From a virus (Duplodnaviria > Caudoviricetes), in the IMG/VR virus record IMGVR_UViG_2799112742_000018, positions 50,065 through 114,064 of that record: a DNA stretch of 64,000 nt, one strand, 5' to 3'. The notes beneath the pieces were generated by a model. It was not told the origin of the DNA. It saw nothing but the letters and a program-made list of their open reading frames with translations, and did no database searches. Made by a program: the position numbers and the translations under genes. Below are positions 56,929-64,000 of this stretch, piece after piece (the stretch's first letter is position 1; every line of letters starts with the position of its first letter).

Positions 56929-59121
56929 ATGAAAGTATTGTCATTAAAACATATAAACAAGTCAGAGTCCGTTTCTGTAATGGATTGTTCTGTGGGCAAG
57001 GGATATTGGAAAGTTGCTCATGGTTCTCTTCCTGATGTGGATCTCGACTTTCAGGCAGACCGCAGACAAGAGGTAAAGGAATACCTCGAAAGGCGATACG
57101 GACATGGTAAGACACAGCGTGTATTCTCAGCAGGAACCTTTACTACTGCAAAGGTTAAGTCTGCTATGAAGGATATTGCGGCTGTATATAAGATCCCAAG
57201 AGGCACAACCAACTATGTTACCGCCATTATCAACGATGAGCTTACATGGACTGGTCTGATGAAGATGGCTGCAACCAACAAGACAGTGTATGATTTCATT
57301 CAGAAGCACCCTAATGTGTTTGAGGATATGAGACCTATACTTGAGCAGCCAAGAAGTGCTGGTATCCATGCTTCAGCCTGTATTATCGTACCAGATGTAA
57401 TCAAGGAGCAGAAGATAGAGTGTTTCGAGGTCTTACCAGTCAGAAAGCAGAATGACATGCTTGTATCTGAGATTGGTGGAGCTGATATTGATGAGCTGGG
57501 TATCCTTAAAAATGACTTGCTCGGTATTGCGGAGCTTGCTCGTATCAAGGAAACTCTTAATATAGTCAAAGAGGAATACAATAGAAGCTATTCTATCCTT
57601 CAGCTTATTGACGATGAGCATCTGAAAGATAGTGCGGTTTACGATATAATCAGTAAGGGCTATACTCAGGGACTTTTCCAGTTATCATCACCTGGTATGA
57701 CTAAGTTTATCAAGCAGTTGAAGCCTTCCAATATTGAGTATCTTATCGCTGCCGTTGCTTTGTTCCGTCCTGCCACATTGGAGTCTGGTTCGGTTCAAAA
57801 GTATATTGACATTAAGAATGAGGATGCTTTTCCAGAATATCTCTGGGGTACTGAGAACGCATTGTCATCAACATATTCATGTCTGATCTATCAAGAACAG
57901 CTTGCGCAGATGGCTCGTGAGGTTGGTGGTTTCAGTCTCGGTGACGGAGTTAAGCTTGTCAAGCTGATTTCTAAGAAAAAGGTTGACAAGATCAAGGCTC
58001 AGAAAGATAAGTTCATGACTGGGGCAGCTAAGAAAGGATGTCCTAAAGATGCAGCAGAGGCTATATGGGCAATGATGGAGGCGGCTGGTACGTACTTGTT
58101 TAATAAGAGTCACGCCACAGCCTATGCCCTCACCAGTTATGTAGGAGCCTGGTTGAAGACACACTATCCAGTTGCTTTCTATACCGTTCAGTTGAAATGG
58201 GTTGCTGATGAGAAGCTTCCTACTTTGATGAATGAGATAGAAGACCTGGAGGGTACAGAGCTTGTACAATGTAATATCAATCTGTCTTCTGAGGTGTTTG
58301 TTACCGATTATAAGCATGGTATCATATACTGGTCTCTTGCTCGTGTAAAGTATGTGGGGGTTAAGGCGGTTATCCAGATAGTTAAGGAAAGAAACATGAA
58401 CGGCAAATATGTCAGTCTTCGTGATTTTGTTGTCCGTATCTATAAGAGCAAGCTCAAGAAGAATAAGTATAAGGGTTTTACTGATGATGATTGCGTGGAG
58501 GATGGTGGGCGTAATGCCGTTACCACTCGTCACCTCAAGCAGCTTATCATTTCAGGAGCCTTTGATGAGGTAGAACATATTACCAACCCAGCTCAGAGAT
58601 ATATTCTTCTGAAGGGAGCTGCAAGGATGCTTGGGTTTGAGCTGAATGATAAGGATGCACCAGAGGAAATGAGGGATAAGCCTTATTACTGGCAGCAGAA
58701 ACAGATAGATATTACTGGTTTCGGAGCTATTGACTATAATGCTATCATTTCTAAGTGTGAGGCAGTACCGAGCAGCATAAGCGGTACTAAGCGCCTTAAC
58801 CTGAAGGTTCTTGCCCAGACTACCTTGATGCCTGAGAAGTATGTTATGTGCGCTACCATAGCTGAGGTTGTCTGCAAGTCTTACAAGGATAAGAAGACAG
58901 GAGCCACAAAGCACTATGGAAAGATCGTTGTCCGTCAGAACAATTATCTTGGTCTGCTTACTATATGGGGTGATGCCTGGGAGCAGTGTAGGGATAAGTT
59001 CGTAGGCAAGGTTAATCGTCTCGTAATAGCCGTAGTTCACACTGAATGGAGTGACTATGATGAGCAGAATGTGTTGAAGTTAAACAGAAACGCCTTTGTA
59101 TGTAACCCAGATGAAGTTTAA
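56929..59121 (+). CDS. dnaE: DNA polymerase III alpha, C-terminal fragment with intein-C-like head
   Basis: LPDVDLDF, GIHA, K.DLLG, FQL, RP, IYQEQ, Y.FNKSHA.AY. Confidence 0.93.
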   Translation: MKVLSLKHINKSESVSVMDCSVGKGYWKVAHGSLPDVDLDFQADRRQEVKEYLERRYGHGKTQRVFSAGTFTTAKVKSAMKDIAAVYKIPRGTTNYVTAIINDELTWTGLMKMAATNKTVYDFIQKHPNVFEDMRPILEQPRSAGIHASACIIVPDVIKEQKIECFEVLPVRKQNDMLVSEIGGADIDELGILKNDLLGIAELARIKETLNIVKEEYNRSYSILQLIDDEHLKDSAVYDIISKGYTQGLFQLSSPGMTKFIKQLKPSNIEYLIAAVALFRPATLESGSVQKYIDIKNEDAFPEYLWGTENALSSTYSCLIYQEQLAQMAREVGGFSLGDGVKLVKLISKKKVDKIKAQKDKFMTGAAKKGCPKDAAEAIWAMMEAAGTYLFNKSHATAYALTSYVGAWLKTHYPVAFYTVQLKWVADEKLPTLMNEIEDLEGTELVQCNINLSSEVFVTDYKHGIIYWSLARVKYVGVKAVIQIVKERNMNGKYVSLRDFVVRIYKSKLKKNKYKGFTDDDCVEDGGRNAVTTRHLKQLIISGAFDEVEHITNPAQRYILLKGAARMLGFELNDKDAPEEMRDKPYYWQQKQIDITGFGAIDYNAIISKCEAVPSSISGTKRLNLKVLAQTTLMPEKYVMCATIAEVVCKSYKDKKTGATKHYGKIVVRQNNYLGLLTIWGDAWEQCRDKFVGKVNRLVIAVVHTEWSDYDEQNVLKLNRNAFVCNPDEV

Positions 59122-60028
59122 GGAAGACTATACTCAAGAGGAAAGGCAGATTGCGCACGATAAGCAAGTAAACAGCAAGCGTAAGAAGCGTAATATGTAT
59201 TATCTTACCGACTATACAGATAAGATGAAACAGAACGTGATGCAATGGCAAAAGGATCATCGTGAGCAATACAGAGTCTATAATCGTGAACTGAAGAAAC
59301 GCAGATATGTAGAGCGTGGTAAGCCTAAGTTGTCTGATAAGGCACTAAACAAGAGAATGAGAAAGGTTGCCATTCAGAATACACGTCATTTCAGAACACG
59401 AGGTCATATAACAAAACAGCAATATAAGGAAATACTTATGGAAATAGAAAAGAGAAAGGTTGCCGATTATCTGGATAAGGTAGAGGGCAATGTAAGGAAA
59501 AAGATAATCCTCTGCATAATAGGGGAGAGTGGGGCGGGAAAGACATTGGCCTCACTGCATCTGAAGTATAAACTGGATGCAAATGTCATCTGTTCATTTA
59601 CCACCAGACCGCCGAGAGAGACGGAGGTGGAGGGTAGGGATCACCATTTCGTTGATATAGTACCCGACAAGAATGATCTCCTTGCCTATTGTGTCTTTGG
59701 TGGTTACAAGTATTATGCTCTCAAGACACAGGTATATGGGCCTGTAACGGTCTATGTGATTGATGAGAATGGCTATCTTGACCTGAAGGAGAGGTTCAAG
59801 GATGAGTACGATCTTCATGCTATATATGTCAGCAGAAAGAAGTCATTGAAGATGATTGCTGGAGTGCCTGAACATAGAATGGCAAGGGATAAGAAACGTG
59901 CGGAGCTTCTGTCTGATGATGTCTATGATTGTAAGATAGAGAACAATGGGACTAAGGCAGAGTTCTTTGAGAAAGTAGAAACTATATATAATAACCTTTT
60001 AGAGAAAGCAAAAGAATATGGCTGGTAA
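59096..60028 (+). CDS. gmk: Guanylate kinase-like protein with basic N-terminal extension (possible starts 59111 or 59438)
   Basis: GESGAGKT, SFTTRPPR..EV.G.DH.FV, VIDENG. Confidence 0.8.
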   Translation: MYVTQMKFKEDYTQEERQIAHDKQVNSKRKKRNMYYLTDYTDKMKQNVMQWQKDHREQYRVYNRELKKRRYVERGKPKLSDKALNKRMRKVAIQNTRHFRTRGHITKQQYKEILMEIEKRKVADYLDKVEGNVRKKIILCIIGESGAGKTLASLHLKYKLDANVICSFTTRPPRETEVEGRDHHFVDIVPDKNDLLAYCVFGGYKYYALKTQVYGPVTVYVIDENGYLDLKERFKDEYDLHAIYVSRKKSLKMIAGVPEHRMARDKKRAELLSDDVYDCKIENNGTKAEFFEKVETIYNNLLEKAKEYGW

Positions 60029-60788
60029 TGATAAAAGCACTGTTGTAATGATGTACGTCTTTGACTTTGAGACTGGAGGCCTCAAGTGTCAGGAATGCGC
60101 AGCTACCCAGATTTCAATACATGCAGTTAGACTGGATACGTTTGAAATGGTAGATACCCTTAATCTGTATATTTCCCCATATCAGTATCAGGAGTCAGCA
60201 GGAAAGGCAGCTAAGAAAGTCCTCAAGAGCAAGTACGAGGATGATGAAGCACCTCTGATGAAGTATGAAGAGGCAGCTCTTGATTATAGTGCCATTACTA
60301 TGGATATGCTTGAGAGACTGGGCAAGCCTTTGGAGGATGTATGCGACCAGATACTTGAGTTTATCGAGACTAATTCACCTAAGACATCACCAGCCAACAA
60401 GCCTATTCTCTGTGGCCAGAATGTACTCTTTGATATTGGCTTTCTTCAACAGATATTTGTCTATACTAAACGCTGGGAAGCTCTTTGCAAGCTCATCAGG
60501 GGACATAAGGATTTCTGGGGTAATTTCCAACCTTACTATATAGACACAATCATTCTCAGCCAGTTAGCTTTTAATCATGACAGGTCTATTAATACATATA
60601 AGCTGGAAATTTCCGCAGAGAGGCTTGGTATTGATTTGGATGATGCCCATGATGCAGATGCGGATGTGTTGGCTACTCAGGAAATCGTTAGGGTTTTGAC
60701 AGCTAAGATGAGAAGCGATGGTGATGGTGCTGATGCTGGATTGGCAGAGGTGAAGAAAGTGAAGTTAAGAGAACATTTTAAGATATAG
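60018..60788 (+). CDS. DEDDh 3'-5' exonuclease (DnaQ-like proofreader)
   Basis: DFETGGL, GQN..FD..FL, IDT, H.A..D. Confidence 0.9.
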   Translation: MAGNDKSTVVMMYVFDFETGGLKCQECAATQISIHAVRLDTFEMVDTLNLYISPYQYQESAGKAAKKVLKSKYEDDEAPLMKYEEAALDYSAITMDMLERLGKPLEDVCDQILEFIETNSPKTSPANKPILCGQNVLFDIGFLQQIFVYTKRWEALCKLIRGHKDFWGNFQPYYIDTIILSQLAFNHDRSINTYKLEISAERLGIDLDDAHDADADVLATQEIVRVLTAKMRSDGDGADAGLAEVKKVKLREHFKI

Positions 60789-60792
60789 GCTT

Positions 60793-61029
60793 ATGGATAT
60801 GATAATGTCGTATTGCTGTGGTGTACTCAGCACACTCCTTATCGGTGCGATTGCACTGATTATGAGAATGAAGAAAGACATCAATAATATACAAAGCGAT
60901 ATTATTGGTCTTGGCGGCAGTTTCCAAAACTGCATTGATGGATTAACTAAACAAATCAATAACCATTCTGATGTTCTTAGGCAGCATCAGAAGGCTATTG
61001 ATTACTTAACAAAAGAATGCAATGACTAA
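60793..61029 (+). CDS. Small membrane-anchored coiled-coil protein
   Basis: N-terminal hydrophobic helix; operon packing. Confidence 0.6.
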   Translation: MDMIMSYCCGVLSTLLIGAIALIMRMKKDINNIQSDIIGLGGSFQNCIDGLTKQINNHSDVLRQHQKAIDYLTKECND

Positions 61030-61411
61030 ATACTCATTTAACAAAGAGACTGGTACATTAGAGCCTAAGTCTCCACAACAGAAAGATGTGATTGAGAAAA
61101 AGGAAATGGAGGTTCCACAGGCAAAAGAGGAAGATGTAAAGAATATCGTCACTAAGCCTGAACAGCCTAATGTTGATGACGGAGAAGAGGCTGAAGTGGT
61201 ATTCAGACAATTCTCAGACCTCTCAATCATGCGTGTAGATGATCAGGCTACTGGTAAGTGGTTATGCTATTTTTCAGGTTATGCGCTTGACATCAAGTTC
61301 AATATGGAAGAGCTGAAAGGTGCTAATGCTTCCAAAAAGATAGAAGCGGCATTGGAAGGCTTGAACAAACTCTTCAGAAAAATTATACTGGATCAGGCTG
61401 TTGGTGGTTAA
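61022..61411 (+). CDS. Hypothetical protein
   Basis: Overlaps the upstream stop; fills the gap to the late promoter. Confidence 0.7.
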   Translation: MTKYSFNKETGTLEPKSPQQKDVIEKKEMEVPQAKEEDVKNIVTKPEQPNVDDGEEAEVVFRQFSDLSIMRVDDQATGKWLCYFSGYALDIKFNMEELKGANASKKIEAALEGLNKLFRKIILDQAVGG

Positions 61412-61442
61412 AAAAGTCTATTATTAAGAAAACATTAAAGCA

Positions 61443-62540
61443 ATGGCATATCAGAGATTTTTGACCGATAATGATTATTTAGCCCTTATCACTGAGGAAG
61501 GGCTAAACTCTCTTACTCGTGGTAATACAGACCGTCTGGCACAGGCAGAGCAGAGAGCTGAAATGAGAATTGTGGACTATCTTGATCAATTCTATGAGAT
61601 TGGTGCAGTCCTTGAGGTTGGTAAGCGTATTAAGGATTACTCTCCTCTTATTACCTATCCTTCCAATGTGTTCTTCAAGAAGGATGGAAAGATATGGAGG
61701 ACAGCTAAGGCCATGAATGCTTGTCATAGACCTAACGATAAGGTCTATTGGGAGAAGGCGGTAGATCTTACCCTTCCAGCAGAGCAGCTTCGTGAGACCA
61801 ATCGAGAGGTTCTTCCATACCTTCAGCAGAAGACCTACAAACCTGGTGACGTTGTTGAGTATCTTGGCATTACATGGCAATGCCTTATTGCTAACGGATG
61901 GGATTTTAAGAACATTCAGATCCCTGGTATTAACTATTGGGAGAAGATTGCCGTTGATGGTTGGGAGGCCAATATCCATTATCATGTCGGCGATGTTGTT
62001 GCCTACGATGAGCAGTTCTATATGGTAATCGCCGATGATGAGTCAGAACGCGAGTACTATGAGGATGGCACACCCACCATACCAGAAAACATAGACTGGT
62101 CTGAAGATCCTGAGATAAGTCCTGCCTATGGTCTTATCGGTGACTATGCTGAAGACTATAATTACAATCTGGATGGCAATGACTATGTTGTCTATGAGAA
62201 TGAAGTTTGGAGGCCTACAATGAACCCTAATGCAGACGAGCCAGTAGAGAATGAGAATATAGTTCAGGACGATCCTCGAAACTACAATCTCGTCAACTAT
62301 ATGACAGCGATTGCTCTCTACTATCTCAATGCCCTTATTGCCCCGACAAATGTTCCTCTTACAAGAGAGACCATGTTCAATGAGGCAATGGATTGGGTAG
62401 AGTCTGCTGCAAGGTTGAAGCTTGATCCACATATTCCTCGTAAGATTGACAGGGATAAGAAATGCCCGAAAGACGATTGGGCATTGGCTTCATTTGAAAC
62501 AAATCAGGAAACCCAGGTCAATAGTCCCTGGTTTACATAA
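61443..62540 (+). CDS. Head-tail connector (Mu gp36/DUF1320-like) with inserted carbohydrate-binding-like repeats
   Basis: FLT..DY...AE..A....YL...Y and RN..LV.....IALY...R...F..A..W......P.IP flanking Y..GD.V.Y....W/Y repeats; late promoter at 61418. Confidence 0.75.
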   Translation: MAYQRFLTDNDYLALITEEGLNSLTRGNTDRLAQAEQRAEMRIVDYLDQFYEIGAVLEVGKRIKDYSPLITYPSNVFFKKDGKIWRTAKAMNACHRPNDKVYWEKAVDLTLPAEQLRETNREVLPYLQQKTYKPGDVVEYLGITWQCLIANGWDFKNIQIPGINYWEKIAVDGWEANIHYHVGDVVAYDEQFYMVIADDESEREYYEDGTPTIPENIDWSEDPEISPAYGLIGDYAEDYNYNLDGNDYVVYENEVWRPTMNPNADEPVENENIVQDDPRNYNLVNYMTAIALYYLNALIAPTNVPLTRETMFNEAMDWVESAARLKLDPHIPRKIDRDKKCPKDDWALASFETNQETQVNSPWFT

Positions 62541-62576
62541 GTAGAGGTTAGATATTTTTGATTAGGGGATTAGTTC

Positions 62577-62610
62577 AGGAGGTTAAATCGTGAGATTTGA
62601 TCTCCTTTTT
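62577..62610 (+). terminator. Intrinsic terminator
   Basis: AGGAGGTTAAATC-GTGA-GATTTGATCTCCT plus T run. Confidence 0.8.
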
Positions 62611-62630
62611 AGTTAAAAAATGTATAAAAA

Positions 62631-62662
62631 TTTGCATAGGTTAAGAAAAGTTTATACTTTTG
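62631..62662 (+). promoter_or_regulatory. Housekeeping promoter upstream of the tRNAs
   Basis: TTTG-N20-TACTTTTG. Confidence 0.85.
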
Positions 62663-62827
62663 CAACCGCAAACGAGGAACGATGTATATTTTGATATGCA
62701 CAAAGTGTTACAGAAATAAAATCGTATCACCTCAAAACGTTGACACTCAGTAGGTTAAAGAAGAGAAGGGTTTTTACCCCCACCTTCCGCCTCAAAGTCA
62801 ATGTATATTTGTACTTTCTCGGAAGAT

Positions 62828-62899
62828 GGTGGATTCATCTAAGGGTTAGGATTCAAGATTCTCAATCTTGCCATAGGGGTTCGAATCCCCTATCCACTA
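62828..62899 (+). tRNA. tRNA-Glu(CTC), copy 1
   Basis: Acceptor GGTGGAT/ATCCACT, anticodon arm CAAGA-TTCTCAA-TCTTG, T arm AGGGG-TTCGAAT-CCCCT; no encoded CCA. Confidence 0.95.
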
Positions 62900-62932
62900 C
62901 AAGAAAGGGGCTGAGACAGTACAAATTAATCC

Positions 62933-63004
62933 GGTGGATTCATCTAAGGGTTAGGATTCAAGATTCTCAATCTTGCCATAGGGGTTCGAATCCCCTATCC
63001 ACTA
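62933..63004 (+). tRNA. tRNA-Glu(CTC), copy 2 (identical)
   Basis: Exact repeat of copy 1, including trailing CAAGAAA. Confidence 0.95.
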
Positions 63005-63021
63005 CAAGAAAATGAATATAT

Positions 63022-63053
63022 GCGGTACTCAATGATGTTTTTGAGTGCCGCTT
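63022..63053 (+). terminator. Hairpin terminator after the tRNAs
   Basis: GCGGTACTCAA...TTGAGTGCCGC. Confidence 0.6.
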
Positions 63054-63055
63054 AA

Positions 63056-64000
63056 TTGTTTTGCATCGTGAGCATCAGAAGATACCTACATATTGTTCTA
63101 GTCGTTGCTGCTTTGGGCTGTCCGGGCGTTTTGTCGGGGCAGATCAAGACCAATGCCGTATATCAGCAGTATATTGAGATATACAAGGACCTTGCCATTG
63201 AGCAGATGAGGAAGTATTCCATTCCGGCAAGTATCACCCTTGCGCAGGGACTTCTTGAGAGTTCTGCCGGTAGGAGTTCGTTGGCTACTATGGGTAACAA
63301 CCATTTCGGCATCAAGTGTCATGACTGGACGGGTCCTACGATGTTGCGTGACGATGATGCTCCTAATGAATGTTTCCGCGTGTATAGTAATCCGCGTGCA
63401 AGTTTTGAGGATCATAGTAAGTTCCTTCAGCGTCCGCGTTATCAGAGCCTGTTCCGTCTGAAGGTGACTGACTACAGGGGATGGGCTAATGGTTTGAAGG
63501 CTTGTGGATATGCCACGAGTCCAACATACGCACAGAAACTTATCAATATCATTGAGGCGTACCAGCTATATCAGTACGACACGCAGAAGACCGTAAATAC
63601 CTTCGTGCTGAAACATTCTGTTACGAGTCCGAAGGTGCAGTTGCAGGGACAGCAGCCACACCGCCTTTATTCCTACAACAAGAACTATTATATCATAGCA
63701 CGTCATGGTGATACTTTTACGAGTCTTAGCAAGGAACTGAGAATCAGCGCTATTAAGCTTGCAAGGTACAATGAGCGCGATAGGGTGGAGATGCTTGCCG
63801 ATGGTGATGTTGTCTATCTGATGAAAAAGCAGAAGCATGCAGTCAAGGAGTATCGTGGACGCTATCATGTAGTGAAGAACGGCGAGAGCCTTTATTCTAT
63901 TGCCCAGCATTATGGAGTTCGCCTTTCACGTCTTTATATTTGGAACAGATTGCCTATTGATTATTCTGCAAAAGTGGGTGATAGGATATACCTCTATTAA
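63056..64000 (+). CDS. Secreted GH73 glucosaminidase with LysM domains (host-like; start uncertain)
   Basis: Signal peptide, IPASITLAQGLLES, NNHFGIKC, GYATSP.YA, two LysM-like repeats; GC-richer than the phage genes. Confidence 0.92.
   Translation: MFCIVSIRRYLHIVLVVAALGCPGVLSGQIKTNAVYQQYIEIYKDLAIEQMRKYSIPASITLAQGLLESSAGRSSLATMGNNHFGIKCHDWTGPTMLRDDDAPNECFRVYSNPRASFEDHSKFLQRPRYQSLFRLKVTDYRGWANGLKACGYATSPTYAQKLINIIEAYQLYQYDTQKTVNTFVLKHSVTSPKVQLQGQQPHRLYSYNKNYYIIARHGDTFTSLSKELRISAIKLARYNERDRVEMLADGDVVYLMKKQKHAVKEYRGRYHVVKNGESLYSIAQHYGVRLSRLYIWNRLPIDYSAKVGDRIYLY

Larger units (their letters stand above)
1..62610. mobile_element. Large myovirus-like Bacteroidales phage/prophage (left end lies outside the window; right boundary approximate)
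   Basis: Contiguous head, contractile tail, baseplate, lysis and replication modules share one promoter motif. The block is followed by tRNAs and a GC-richer host-like gene. Confidence 0.9.

Noticed and set aside
56377-57024. Canonical, splicing-competent split intein
   Set aside because: It lacks Cys/Ser1, the block B His and the terminal Asn/Gln, and does not show the class 3 WCT triad; reported as degenerate instead.
1-62610. Stop-codon reassignment as in Lak or some crAss-like phages
   Set aside because: Genes are full length in code 11, and TAG and TGA end genes at sensible, tightly packed boundaries.
62740-63015. 91-aa ORF with an internal repeat, or a possible CRISPR-like repeat pair
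   Set aside because: It is the translation of two identical tRNA-Glu genes. There are only two units, they are too long for CRISPR repeats, and no cas genes are present.
63056-64000. GH73-LysM gene as the phage endolysin
   Set aside because: It has a signal peptide, higher GC and no late motif, and lies beyond the tRNAs; it fits a conserved host autolysin.

Overview
About 62.6 kb of this window is one large, AT-rich, contractile-tailed phage or prophage of a Bacteroidales (Prevotella-like) host. Evidence for the host group is TTTG-N20-TAnnTTTG promoters and A-rich starts with little Shine-Dalgarno signal. From left to right it holds: a minus-strand dUTPase operon and the start of a probable tyrosine recombinase; Mu-like head genes; two tail-sheath paralogues, tube, chaperone, tape measure and baseplate; an accessory cassette; adhesin and fibre genes, holin and spanin-like gene; a divergent control region; and a replication block (SSB, SbcCD, RuvC-like resolvase, sigma factor, helicase, primase, split DnaE, guanylate kinase, DEDDh exonuclease). 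It ends with a head-tail connector gene, two identical tRNA-Glu(CTC) genes and a host-like GH73-LysM gene. No terminase or endolysin is recognisable inside the window. The strongest observations are: (1) a ~490-nt doubly pseudoknotted non-coding RNA candidate behind an attenuator-like leader and directly upstream of a DUF559-type nuclease; (2) a slippery site plus pseudoknot that would fuse the portal to the gpF-like head protein by -1 frameshifting; (3) DnaE split at its active site by intein-like halves that lack splicing residues; (4) a small regulon of three identical-architecture variant promoters, one driving a stand-alone structured RNA; (5) a 15-copy CTATTA-N5-AAA late-promoter motif, one copy of which reveals a nested scaffold gene. 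All family assignments come from motif recognition by eye, not database searches.
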